A DNA stretch of 64,000 nucleotides. Source: Euglena gracilis (taxonomy: Eukaryota). Positions 41,088 to 54,500 of this stretch are shown piece by piece. Both the position numbers and the translations under genes were made by a program. Location: assembly GCA_039621445.1 (NCBI GenBank), contig CP154954.1, forward strand, positions 38,835,816-38,899,815. Reading direction: 5' to 3'. Positions within the stretch are counted from its first letter, which is position 1; the number at the start of each line of letters is the position of its first letter. The notes below the pieces were generated by a model. The model saw only the letters and a program-made list of their open reading frames with translations. It had not been told where the DNA came from and did no database searches.

Positions 41088-44000
41088 GCTGTGTCGTGGA
41101 GCGGCGTGGCAGTGCCCCACCCGGAGGACAACAACTGGCTGCTCTGCTCGGTCCCCGGGGGCAACCCCAAAATATGCCAGTGCCTGACGTTCAAAAGCGA
41201 AACCGTACATTGGGTGCAGGTTTTGTTCCACACCAAGTCCACCATTGGCAAGCGGTCTTCGGGATGTGTGGGCACGACGGAACGACCCCACCTGGGCTTT
41301 GTGGGAGCATTGCAATTTTTGGGGAAAGAACAACTGTTGAAATGCCGCGTTTGCCGTCCATCCGGCGACCGCCTCCGGCGCATGCCCCTCTCCGCCCCCT
41401 TCCCGTGCGTGGTGGCGTGGCTCCGGGGGCCAGGGGACGCCGGCGCTGTTTCGGACCTGAGAAGCCCCCACCCATCCCGGGGGGGGGGGGGTGGGAGGAC
41501 AAGGTTCGATAGGCAGAAGATGCCTGGGGTCTGGGGTCCGGGGTCTGGCGTTAGGTGAGGGGTTGTTTCTTTAAATCCCCCCTGTACAAGGCACACCGCG
41601 CTTTCGGTACACACCCCGTGTCAACGGCACATCCCTGGAGCACTGCTGTGTCTATTGTGAGGAGGGGGAAAGGCAGACGGTGGCGGCGGGGCCGGGGCCT
41701 GAACAATGGCATGGCCAAATTGATATATTTGGCATACAGTGCCAGGCAGAAAGGTGTCAACCCTAAACTCAGCCAAAACTGCAACACTTTTTTTTGTGAA
41801 GAATTTGACAGAATTCTGAAGATTTTCTGCCAAAGCATCCATCAAAATGTCGAAAATGGCAATATTTTTTCAGAAATTTTTGTTTTTCATCGACCCAGCC
41901 CAGCCCAGCCCAGCCCAGCCCAGCCCCCTCCATCCCCGGGACCCCCCCCCCTTTACCCCTGGGGGGTCCAGCCAGCAGCCTTTTTGCCAGCCGGAGGCTG
42001 CCCCCCCCCCACGGGCTTTTAAGAAAACCCCTGGCGGCCATTTTTGAAATGAATTTTTCTGGGTGGCACCCAGCTGGGTGGGCCCCAAGACTGATGATAC
42101 CCGGAACCCCACAAGGGGGTGCCTGGCACTGGGCTGGCACCCACACCCCCCAGCCCCACTCCCAGGGGTTTCGAAAGAAGCCTGCCCGGCAACGGGCTGC
42201 TCTTTGCCCCCCGGTGGACCAAGCTGTGGCTATGACGCTCCCCAGGGATACCTTGGTTGCATTTGTGCAGAGGAAGCAGCAGGGGGCAGAAGTGGGGCGA
42301 TAGGGGCCCCCGCCGCCAGCCAGCCGGGCCGGCGTCCCCTGGGGCGGACTGGCCCGGCAGGCGGTGTGGCCGGTGGTGGGCGTCTTGCTGGCGGTGCCGC
42401 TGCTGCTGAGGCTGTGGCGGTGGTTTGGGAGGTGTGGCCCCGGGCGCTGTTGCGGGGGCGGGGGGGCACCGTTTCCCTGGGGCTGGGGTGTGGCACAGTC
42501 CACTGTGGGGGCTTCATTCACAAGAAATCAATCGCCCTCCTGTCCACCCTGATTTCAAGTTCCATCTATCAGCTCTTCTGGGCTGGCTTTCGCCAGTGAG
42601 GCTGATACACACTGCTTGTGCGGAATCGCATAGGTTATTGGTTGACGTCGCATGCAATCGTGCATTTTCAAGGCGCGTTCGGATCTGACGAATTTTGGAG
42701 GAAATGATTGAAGGATTGGATGTGGGTGAGTATTGTGCGAGGCTCCGGAATTTGCGCCTCAGTGCTGCAAATAGTCAACAGGGGCCTCAACGTCACCCCT
42801 CGCGGAGGAGTGCGCCTCCTCTGTGCCCCTCTTGTGCCCCTCTTTGCCCTGATGGAGAAGGGTTGTTTCCGGACCCACCTCCTGCCCCCCCCCCAGGTAC
42901 CGCAGGGCGGTGCAGCAGACTCGATTCCTACCGCAGGCCTTTGCTGGCAAGAGGCGAGTTGCGAATGATATGTCGGCAAGCGGCGCAGATGCCCGCGCCA
43001 GCTATGGCGTGGGGGGGAGGGAAAGAAGAAGGATGACGAGGAAGGAAAGACGCAGAAATGGAGCGAAGAACCGTCCTCGGCGCCTAAATCCCCCACGACA
43101 ATGGCTGGTGCGTGTCTGTTGAGTGATTTCGTAAACAAAGGCTCCTGCGCCAGGGCATCCAGTCTGGTCGGTCACCTCGTACACAAACCCATCAAAGGTC
43201 TGCTTCGAATTGAAGTGGTGCTCAACTCCCTCGAGAGCTTGGCTGGTCAGCCGTTCGCTGTCAGTGGTGTGCAGCGGACGCTGGAGGAGGAGTATGGAGC
43301 GCAGGTGTGCTCCAGTCCCGCTTCTGCCCGCAACATCAAGGTTTGAACAACGGCAACAAGTTGAATGTGCTGCTGATGTTTGGGTTTCGCTAGGATTCAG
43401 AAAGTTATTTCTTTGGGGTGGGTTTTGTCATATCCGGGGAAGGGGCCCAAAAGATGGACACTTAGCATTTGAAGTTTTGGGGTGGTTTGACTGAATTTCA
43501 ACAGATTCTCAGACGCATTTTATCACCTCATCCTTTTTTTATGGTGTACCTTCCATAACGGACAACTCATTATCCTTCCTATCACCTCCAGTGGGATCTT
43601 TTTTTTTTGGACGGGGACGTTGCCTCGTATCCGTTTTTGAGGTTCAGTGTTTCCCTCCGCACCCGTTGAGTGTCGGCTTTGCTCCCATTGTGGGGGGGGG
43701 GGCCACAGGAGGCTCCTGTGGGCCTCCAGGAAGCTCCTCACCTCACGGTCCTCAGGTGGAGGTGGCCACCCTGTGGCCCGACGTGTGCCGGGCTGTGGAG
43801 ACGGACACGCACGTGACAGTCCAGAACCAGCCCCGGGCCGTTCAGTTTCGATCCGGATTGAACGGCCAAAAGCAACCCAGCAACGACCCACAACGAAATT
43901 CACACTTGGGAGGACCCCGGCCTCGGCAGGTTGGTTGAAGGTTGGAGGCGGAACGGTTGCTGTAATCCCCCCCAAATTCCAGGGTGGGCCAAAAGATCTA

Positions 44001-44266
44001 GGTGTTTGCAGTGAGGGGTTGCTTGAATTTTGGGGGTTTTTTGCGCATTGCATCGAACCTTGTTCAAAGGAAAGTGGAGGTCTGATGGGAATGTGGTGCC
44101 AAAGAATTTTTACGTATGGATTTTTACAAACTTTTCTGTTCGGATTTAACCAATTCTTTTTTTATTTTTTTTGAATGTATTTCCACTCAATAAGCGATGA
44201 AATTTTCATTCAAATATTGCTGTTGGAACGACCAAAGCTCCAAACTAAAGCAAACCATGGACAACA

Positions 44267-44333
<67 letters not shown>

Positions 44334-44529
44334 CACATCTATCCATCCATCCATCCATCCATCCATCTATCCATCCATCCATCCATCCATCCATCCATCC
44401 ATCCATCCATCCATCCATCCATCCATCCATCCACCATCCATCCATCTAACCATCCATCCATCCATCCATCCATCAATCCATCCATCCATCCATCCATCCA
44501 TCCATCCATCCATCCATCCATCCATCCAT

Positions 44530-44567
<38 letters not shown>

Positions 44568-47500
44568 TTGGGTTGTTATAAACAGCAAAAATAAAGAAAA
44601 GACAAAAGTCAGCAGCAGGGTTACGGTAGGAGATGGCTCAGTAGGAGGAGGATCTCGAGACTACTCGAAAGTGCTCGAAACACACACAGAGCACTGGGGC
44701 TTGTGCTTGATATGGATCAGCCATGCTGGGAACACAGATTCACTCAAAGTGTACTGACCTCTCCCCTGGCGGGTTTTGAGAGTGGGCGGGTGGTTGGGGC
44801 CGCTACCCCCCACCAGGTGTTGGGGTGACATGGGTTAGTCTGCTGCGGCCGAAGGCTGGGCAGAAAATCCAGCTTGATTTTTTCTATGCCCTTTTGGCCG
44901 ATTTTGGGTGGGGTTTGGATAGGTGGTGAGTGGGTGTTGGATTTTCCAAAGGACCCCCCTTGGGTTTTTTCCCAGTTCACGGTGGATGGGTGGACCCCCC
45001 CCCTCTGGGGTTGTGCATGGGGTTGTTGTTTTTTTTAAGAGAAAAAAAGTGGGTGGGGGAGTTTGGGAAGAAGCCCCCCCCCCCCCGCCGCCCCAGGGGA
45101 TGAACGGAAGATGCACGCTGGAAATTGTGCTAAAGGGCATCACAAGTGTCTTCTTTGACGCCAAACGCCGGCCATGGGTCCCAGCCATGGGGTCTCTCAG
45201 TGCCCTGGGGCTGCCCTCACCACGCCGGATGGGCCGGCTTGGGCCTGGGCAGCGCCGGAAGGCAGCGTTGAGGGGTAGCGGAGGCAGGCAGGTAGGCCAT
45301 GCTGCGCACTCAGCTTGCCACAACCCTCTCCCTCCCCCTCCCCCTCCCACGGTGGAGGGCGTCTTTTTGGTGGACCGACGCTTCCAACCGGAGGGGGGGG
45401 GGGCAGGGTTCGATATAAGGAGGGCGTATATGGTTTAGGTGGGGGGGGTGTCCCCCCCACCCCCCCCCCTCCTGGCCCGCAGGGGGGGGTCCGGACCACC
45501 CCCCCCCCCACCTGTCCTTATATCGAACCCTGGGGGGGGCACTTTGTTTGAACTGCAGTGTACATTGCATGCCTTTCCCTCATCCAACACAATAGATCTG
45601 CTTTGTTTGGAGGAAAGGTCAAAGAGCTTTGTTTGACATGGAATGTTTGCCACTGGGATTCACCTCTCTTGGTTTGTCGGTGGGGGGGGGGCGATGTCAT
45701 CGTTGGACGTACGCTCCGTGGAAGGGGGGTGCCCTTTTAGCTACCTGCTCGTGTACATTTTTGGACCCCACTCTGCTATTTTGGGGGTGCATTGATCGAA
45801 TCAACTTGCTGAAAGCAGCTCGTCTCTGCAACGTCCAACCCTTCAATTTCTGTCTCCATCTCCCGCTGTGTTCCCCGCTGTTCTTCCTTCAACTACCCTG
45901 GCGCCAACGCCATCATCTGACCACCCCAGCCATACCCCCACCCTCTTGCTCACGCACATGCATTTGTGTCTGACCCCCCTCCCCCCACCCCCTCAGGTGA
46001 GTGCCGTCGCCCATCAAACAGGATCGACAGGAGCGTTCCGTAAGTCCGCAGCGCTCTGCATTTTTGGCAGCTCGCGGCCTGTGCCGCTCCATTGTGCTGC
46101 CCTGCTCTGCCTGCCCTGCTCTGCCTGCACATGCAGTTGTCTCGTGGCCCAGTACACTCTGTTACCCTCTCCCGGCCCTCTGCCCTCTCCCGTGGCACAA
46201 CCCCTTATTTGCTGCTGCCCGTCTTCTCCCCGTGACCACTGGCAGCACGCACCCCGGGCGAATCGTCTGTACAGTAAAGTGTCTCGGGCCTGCTGGAGCG
46301 GAGTGACTCCTTTCCACAGCGCTGGATACGGCTCCGCAACCTTCTTTCCCCATGTAATTTCCGATTCTCATCCGTCTTGTACAATTTTTAAATACATGTT
46401 TTTGTGTGGCAGTTTTAAACCTTCCCAAATTTTCAAGCTTCATGATTATCGCCCGTCTGTTTGTGATTCACTTCAAAATTCAGATTCCACCCGAACACTG
46501 ATAAACACGTCCGTTGGTTCAGCAGGATTTCAATCATCAGTCGAAATGTCAAAGGTTCCTGGCAAAACAAATTGATTAAAACCAATTGTGCTCGATGGCA
46601 AAGACTCACTTTTGACCTCTTTGAGCAAAGACCTCTTTTGAGCCCACGAAAGCACCCCTCGTCGCTCACAAGTTTTGTATCCTTCAAGGGTTTAGGTGGC
46701 CAGCAATACATAGCCAGCGGTGCTCATATCATGCTTTTTAAATGCCCTCGGCAATTTATGCTTTGATGTTCAAAACCTTCATTTCCTTGAGAAACACACG
46801 TCAAGTTCAATTAAAGTTTGCACCTCTCTGCAAATGCAAATGAACGCTGCTTCGTTTTGCAGGAGGGCATGCTTTTCTCTTCATTTTAATGTGCCAAAAG
46901 ACATTGAAGTGCCAGTTCTATTGCGAACAAAATGGCAAGCAAAAAAATGACAGACAATCCTTTGGATTTAAAAAAAAAATGCAGCTGGTAAAGTAGCCGA
47001 TTGCTTATTTGGCAGCAATTGACAATGAAAGACTTCTTTTTCCTTGGCACATTTCATTTCCTTGAACACACAATCAACCCCCAAATAAACACCCCCCACC
47101 CCCCATCTGGTGGGGAGGGCAAAATTACCTCTTAGGGGGATGGGGTCCCCTTTTAAATGAGCAAAGGCAAATCTGTTGAAGGAAAGGGTCAAAAATAAGG
47201 CAGGGGGTGATGGGAAAAAAACGAGGCAGAAAGCGCCGGGGGGGGTGGGTTTTGAAATTACAAAAAAAAACTGCAAAAAAAATTTTGGAGTCTTAATTTA
47301 ATCAAAATAGTGAAAACAAATTTACAGAAACACGAAGCCAAAAAAATTTGAGAACCTGCGGGTTTGTTTTGGGCAAAAAAATAGTTTTGAAAAGCCCGGG
47401 AATCCAAGTACTGAAAAAAAAATTTGCTGCTCGGACGCCCAAAAACGTGTTTGGGCGGGGTACAATATCAAAGGGGCACTCATGCACAAAAAAGTTGAGC

Positions 47501-48533
47501 AGGGGCGGTGCGGGCGCCATTTTAAAAAAAATCTAAATGGTGAAAGTAAACGAAATATAAAGTCTGTAGTTTCGAAAACAATTGTCAATGGGCGAGCAAA
47601 AAAAACCAAAAAAGGTGACCGGGGGGCACCTAAAAAGTGGACAATGTTGGGATATTGGGATCCCAAGAAAAACAAATGCTAAAAGATTTGTCGGTTTAAG
47701 CGGGTGAATAAAGAAAAATGTTGCATGACGGCCAAAAAGAAATATGTTTGGGGCCGCATGCTATTGCGAGGGGAGAAAAAATCCAAGGGGAGTTTAATGG
47801 TCAGTACAGATGTTATCATGGGGGCCCTCTGATTTTGGATCCCCGCTCCACCTGAAGAAAAACCGCTCCCCCCCGATTCACGAAAATCCGTCCTCTGGTG
47901 GAGGGAGCAAAAAATATTGTCTAGATAATTGGTCCTTTTTTCAGGCAAAGTTCCTTTACTACGCTGAAAAAAAGGGACCAAAAAACCTGGCAGCACAAAA
48001 TTCCAATAACTGGCACCCCGCCAGGTTGTTTGGGGGGAGGGGTTTAATGCCCCACCCCAAAAAATTAAGACCCCCCGGCAGTGCAAAGCGCCGGGGAGGG
48101 TGAAACTTTTCCTGCAAATTACCAAAAACCCCAATTTCATTAACAACAAGTGTTGAAATTCAAAATTTTTAGATGTTTGAAGTGCAAAAAAATAGTAAAT
48201 TTGAACTTGCACTAATTTACATACATGTGGGGCGAAGCGCCAAAGGAAAAACTTTGGTGTTTTTGGGAACCTGAAAATTGACGTCTTTTCCGGGCCCGGG
48301 TCAGTGGAGAAAAAATCCAAAAATAGGACCGGACCCCCCCCCCCCAACTCCGGCGTTGCCGTCCAGTGTCGCCGGACTGAGGCTGCAACTGCCCCTCCGG
48401 ACGCCTGGGGCCGGCCTCAGTTGTCTGACCGGTTGGACCAACCCGGCTGCCGCACCGGAAGCCCTCCGCCTGCCCCTTCAGCTCCGGCTCCCCTTATGCC
48501 ACGAGGCAGCCCAGCGTGACCTCCGGCGGTGGG
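41088..48533 (+). repeat. Second copy of 34336-41073 (3' half of the MSC gene plus intergenic DNA)
   Basis: Colinear and near-identical. Scattered substitutions and indels fall mainly in the first ~2.3 kb, and about 47075-47990 is garbled or unmatched. Confidence 0.95.
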
Positions 48534-51500
48534 ATGTTTGGCGGCGTCGAGGTGCGCCTTTGCGATGGGTTGCCCCCGGGGACGGGACTGCGCTGATTTG
48601 CAGGGGTTTTGCCGTTATCTGTGGGCAGTGCCTCTGATCTTTTCTCCCCCTAATCCTGGTGTTGGTGTGCTGTGGTATGTGCAAGTGCAGTCGGTGTTGA
48701 CCGGAAATTATGTTTGCTGACCTGGCTGCATCGCAACTCTTCGTCTCCACCTGTTGGATTTCTGTGGCGAAACAGGTTGCGAAGTGGGGACCAGAGCGAC
48801 CCTCCCTAAACCCACCCAAATAATCAACCCGAGTCCGGGTTTGTGTGATCCATGCTTTCTGGTAGTGGACAATGCTGATTCGTGTGTACTATTTTGGGAG
48901 AATTGCACTGAATTTGTTCAGCAGAGGTAATTTGTCGGTCTTTGTTGTGTAGGGGACTGGGCTTAAATCCCAAATCCTGAAAAATATGTTTGCAATGCGG
49001 CAATGCGGTGTACACAAAATAGGATCCTTCCCCAAATGACACTCATTTTCGCCCAAAATGTTTTTTATTGTTTTGCCGTACAGTCTGTAGGGATGACAAT
49101 CATATGGGAGGGGTCGCTAAGCTCATGTCCGAGCAGAGCTTATCATGGGGCCCTTTTGACCCCCCCCCCCTCTCGGGGCCACCTCGGGAGAACCAAGATT
49201 CCCGGTGTGAACCGACTCCCACCCCGGGAACTTTTCTTGGAGAAAAATATCCCCACGGTCCCTCGCATCCAGAGATACCCTTTTGTCATCCTAATTTTGT
49301 ACCCACACGAGATATTCCCATTTTGACAGGCCGAGGTCCAAAAAAGGGACTATAAAACAGGGTCTCTCTGCCAGCCAGAAACTACATATTTTGAAGTAAC
49401 TCCCCATGGCTGCTGAGTCGCAAAGAGGGCCCAACAGAAAAATTCAAACATGTGCAACGCCCTATCCAACCATACCTGGATTTCCTGGAAGCTGCATAGC
49501 TGGCCAAAGTTATGCCCTGAATCCACAGCCCCGTTTTTTTTTGCTGTGTTTTTCGACCGTTTTTGGTCCGGTTTTTTGGTGAAAATGGGCTAAAAAAAAC
49601 ACACAATTCTCAAAATATCTCGAAAATTACGCAAAATGAAAGAAAACGTTTGAAACGTCAAATGAAGCACTTGGCCCGAGATACGGCACGTTTACGCTGC
49701 AAAACAGTGCTGCAGCCCTCCATCTCTGCCATTCTCGGCCGTTTTTGGGTCAATGAATCAATTTTTCCGCTGAGTAGTCGGGCCGGGCCGGGTGGGGCCG
49801 GGCCGGACTGCCAGGCCACTCCAGGCAGGGATCGATGGGAAGCCCTTTGGTTTTGAGGCAGGTGGGGGGTCTGGACCCCCACCCCCCCTGGCAGGTTCCA
49901 AAAGTAGCAAATTTTCTTTTCCGGCACACAGCGCCGGAAAGTGAGCAAAAAAGTGTTTTTCCTCACTTTTGAGGATATTGCAGAATTTTTGATGTTTTGG
50001 TGTTTCCCACATAAAAAGTGTTCTAAACTTTTGAAAAATGAGCATTTTTTTTAATTTATTTTCAAAGAAAAATCACCGATTTTTTTATACCAATTTTGGC
50101 CTTGTATCCGCCCTTTCCCGGTCCACAAAATCGAAAATTTTCCTGGCCCCCTTCAGTCTCGAGGTTTGAGGGGGGTCTGACCCACCCCCCTCTATTGGGA
50201 GGGGGTCCCCCCAAGGCTTCCCATACATCCCTGTGGCCGTTCTGCAGGGCCGCACCGCCGGGCGTGTTGCTTTTGATAACAAAGAGCTCAGCCCGATTCA
50301 AAACCTGGTTAACGAAACGACACAATTGGCAGAGCTTGCAATTTCTGCCTGTTGGAACGGTGACAAATCATTTTTTGTGGACATGGCCTTCCTCCTCGAC
50401 ACAGCGTTTTGCAGTTTGTTGACGTGTGGGTGGATTTTGGAGCCTCTTTTTTTTTTGCTCGAATGCTCATTTGCATGTGTGTGGCGTCCCAGGAACAGCT
50501 GCAAGCACAATGATGCCCCCCCCCTTCCCCTCGTCCCTCCGCCCCCCCCCCCGCAGATCGTGGCGGGGGGCTGCGTCATCTTCTGGGCGAAGCGGCGGTA
50601 CCTCGGCAGCGCCGCCGGCGCAAAGTTCTGCCGCAAGGCGGTGACGGAGGGGCCGGAGGCGACCGTCCCGGTGGCCCAGGTGTGGGGCGGCGCTGGCCTG
50701 TGAGGCAGTGTTGGGTAGGTAGGTGTAGGGCAGGGCTGTACGGGAAATCCCGAAACCCGATGGGCGGTGGGTGGGTGGTGGGTCCGACCCCCCCCCAGTT
50801 TTCCCGTGCACCTCTGAGGTTGAAACAAAGGTGGAAACTTGTTTGTGGCCTTCCCCGTGGCACAGCCTTCCCCCGAGGCCGGGGACTCCCACCTGTGGGG
50901 TGGCAGGGCCTGCCCCCCCCCCCCCCTAGCATGTGCGGGACCGGCTGCGGGAGCTGACGGAGGCGGACCAGCAGCGGCGGAGGCAGCGGCGGGCAGAGGG
51001 GGGCGAGGGGAAGGACGCGGACAGCGACACCGAGGCGCAGCTCGACGAGGAGGAGATCTTCGGGTCCGGTGTGGTGGTCGCTTGGGTTCCTGGGGGAGCC
51101 TTACCCCCCTCCCCGCCCCCTGATGTTGCTTTCGAGTCGGGAGAGCATCGCCCAGAAAATCAGAGGAATCGGGCAACCAGGTAAACCCAAACCCCCCAAA
51201 TACCTGGCGAGGTGCCAGGTTATTGGAACCAACTTTTGGCCCTGCCCCCCCCCCCTGTCAGGTCATTTGGGCTTTTTTTTTTTCAGCGTCGTAAAGGAAC
51301 TTTTCCTGAAAAAGGGGGGGGGACAAGTTATTGGAACCATCCTTTTTGCCCCCCACCTCCCCGCCAGGATTTTTTGCCACTGCCAGGAGCAAGGTCCCTG
51401 CCAGGTTATTTGGGGGGTGGTTTACCCTGAATAGATTCCATTTGATCACAGTTTTATAAATTTCTTCCCAGCAAAAGAAGGGAAATTGCAGGTTCTTATA

Positions 51501-54500
51501 CCATCTGCTCAAGCATGCAGAACGCGCACAATGCACGTTTTTACGATGTCTCCAGGTGCCTCTAGCCCTTGGTGAACGGTTTCTTGCAGCACGGGGGTAA
51601 AATAAATAAGTATTAAGTTGATGTATGAAGCTGATATTTTCTTTACCATCACAGAAGGTGTTCCCGCTTGCGTGTTTTTACAAAATTTGCACGGCACTGT
51701 TGGGGATGATGACGTTGGAGGCAATAATTGCAACGACAAAACTACTCAATTGCTGCAGCCTACAAATGGAAATGGAACAAAGATGGAAACTTGAAACGCT
51801 TTGGAAATTAATGGGGGGGAAATATATTTTTTTCCTTCACCATCTTGCATCTTAAGGATTGGGTTGAATGGATATTGCTGTTGTAATCCCAACAGAAAGG
51901 GAAGCGATGTTGAACTGATTCCCGGCGCAGATGTTCGGTGCTCCAACAGTCGAAGAAAGAAAAAAGCGGAGAGGCCAATTGGTGCCATTCCAAACAACAG
52001 ATTTATTTCACCATTCTCAACTGTCTCAGTGAAACAGCAATGCCATCTCTCTCTTTAGAGCAACGTCAGGTATGTGCTCATGTTTATTGTGATCTTCCCC
52101 TGCCCAGGTGTGTGGGGGGTGGATTTCATGAACCTCCGCTACCGGGATGAGCCCATCAAAAGCGTGGCACTGTACGAGGAGACAATCAAGCCCCGGCCCA
52201 TCCTGCCGATCATTCACCCGTATGTGTTTCACTTCCTGTGTGTTATTATTCAGCGCGTATCCACCAGCAAGCTTGTGAGGCTCCTCATTCCGTTTTCTCG
52301 TTTTGGCGATGTGACTCTTTTTTTCGGGTGCCCTGGTTCTGGCAGAAACCCGTGAAATTCCACGTTTTCGACGTGCCTGCTTACAAGAATCGTTGCTGCC
52401 GTCCTTGAGTGTATCGCGATGGCTGTCCCGATGGGTTACAAATTGGTTGGAGAGCCGCCGGGGGGGGGGGGCAGCGCCGCTGACCTTTCGAATCGGGCGG
52501 CGCAGGTACATCCTGGTGGAGACGGAGACGTGGATGTACGTGCTGGAGAAGTGGCGGGACGGCGTGGCCATCTCCCGCTTCAAGCGGAAGGTCTGCCCGA
52601 TGTGCCCCCCACCCCCACCGATTTCCACGGGCACCCCCGTGTTCACGGCTCACTTGGGACCCTAACACCCGCTGAAGGACTTTGTTGGGAAAATGAGAAG
52701 TGTAGGAATGGGAGAGAGATTTGCCATCTGTGAGCTGAGATGTGTGGCTTCTGTGAGACACGTGTGGCTTCCGCTCTCTGCCCAGGTTGAAGCAAAAGTG
52801 TGCCTGCCACCAGCCTTGGAATGTAGTTAAAGGGCTTCTTTTTAACTTGGAAGGCTTCCCAGGGGGTGGATGTGTCTGGGACCTGACACTCCCTGGGGGG
52901 ACCGGGGCCGGAGGCCCGAGTATGGTTTTGCAAAGCACCAAAATCTTTTTGGGGAAATGCCTTTAGACAGCCCGATTTTTCTGGGTGCTCTCCCTCCCCC
53001 CCCGCGGGCCCGTGCCAGGCCGGTTGCATAGGGGACCCCCCTCCGGGGTCTCAAAAAGAAGCCTGTTTGGTTATCCTCCGACCGATATCATTCTTTTCCC
53101 CGTTGGTTCAGATGCAGCGTGCTACACCTGCCATCTTCCACAATGCTTTTGTGGAAGATGCGCTGGATCATTGCCCCGTTGGCCCCGAGAAGGTGGCCCA
53201 AGGCTCGTACCAGGGGCAGAGCGCTCGTTTTTGGAGTGCCGACGCAGCCAATTTCGGCCGAAAATGGCTGAAATATGACGTTTTTTGGGGAGTCCGTTAC
53301 CAACGTGCTATTTTGCGCCTCCCGGGCGGTAACTGCTGCGTTTTACGCACGCCCGCCGCAGGCCAAATTGCGTCTGTCTGCCCGGCGCCCTTCGCAACAA
53401 TTAGGTAAAGGATCGCCGACCTCTAGCCGGGGCAGATCGCTCGTTTTTTGGGCACGTACGCAGCCAATTTCAGCCGAAAATGGCCGAAAAAGGAAAGACG
53501 ACACATCCTTTCTTGACAAAGTGAGAATTTATTTTCCTTGTTGTTGTGGTATTTGGCTGTTTGTTTGGGGGGCACGTTGCCTGTATGTTGTTGCCGAGGC
53601 GTTTTTCGCAATTCCCCAGGTTTGTTGATTTATTTTCAGTTTTTTTTTTAACACCTACTACTAGAACTTTCAACCCTCTTCTGCTAAGGAATTTGCTTTG
53701 TTAATGCGTTCATCGGATTGCGTAGCTTCTTCTTTCCCTTGATCAAATGGAAAGTTTTGAAACTTTACTCAAAGCTGAATAGATGCTCTGTTGCCGAACA
53801 GCTCGTCTTTTGTCAAAAAATGGAACCTAATTCGGCCGAGAGGCAGGGGGGTTCGAAAAAAGGAAAAGGTGTGTGCGAGGTTTAGGTGGGAGGTGTCCCT
53901 CCCTCCAGACCGGGGGGGGGTGTCCGCCCCCCCCCCCCCCACCTGCCAAGGGGGTCCGGACCGACGCGGAGGGTACCTGACCCCCCAAAACAGTTCAAGT
54001 TTTTCCTTCCGGCGCTTTTCACATTTCGGAAATTTCCGTTGGATCGATCAGCAAGATATCATGCCGCAGTGGGCCCTCCTGCTCCAGCTGAAATTGCGAA
54101 AATGAGCCATGAGTCAGCTATGGATTCTGTTGAGCTCAGGGTCCATTGCAGCTGGCTGGACTCCCCAAGGGGTCAGCCAGCTGCCCCCCTCCCCCTCCCA
54201 AAATGGCACTTTCATTTTCGGCCTGAGACTTTGCATTGGGCCGAAAACCAGTTACCCACCCAGACCCAGACCGCCATTGTTTAGGTGGGGTGGGGGGACA
54301 CCCTTCCTTCTCTTCATTCTGCTTCATTTGAGCAGAAGCCAGCCATGGTCTCAATAAGTTCTTTGTTTTCGCTGCGGTGGTTTCTGTGCATTCTTTTTGC
54401 CGGGCAGGATGATGCCGTTCGCAGCCGGGGCAAATGGTTTGGGCCCGGCCGGCTGTCGCAACGCAAAGCGCCGCACCTCGTCCAGTGTGCCACGCCGTGC

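Noticed and set aside
41088-45177. Second MSC gene or paralogue
   Set aside because: It begins mid-exon at an assembly gap and lacks the 5' half; most likely an allelic overlap.
47075-47990. Apparent novel insertion in copy 2
   Set aside because: It resembles a garbled, A-rich version of 40350-40900 followed by the clean version, consistent with poor consensus quality.
53067-53408. Possible extra exon of gene 3 (MQRATP.. or MRWIIAP..)
   Set aside because: The join 52590^54408 is in phase and gives a coherent sequence without it, so it is not needed. It is not fully excluded without cDNA.
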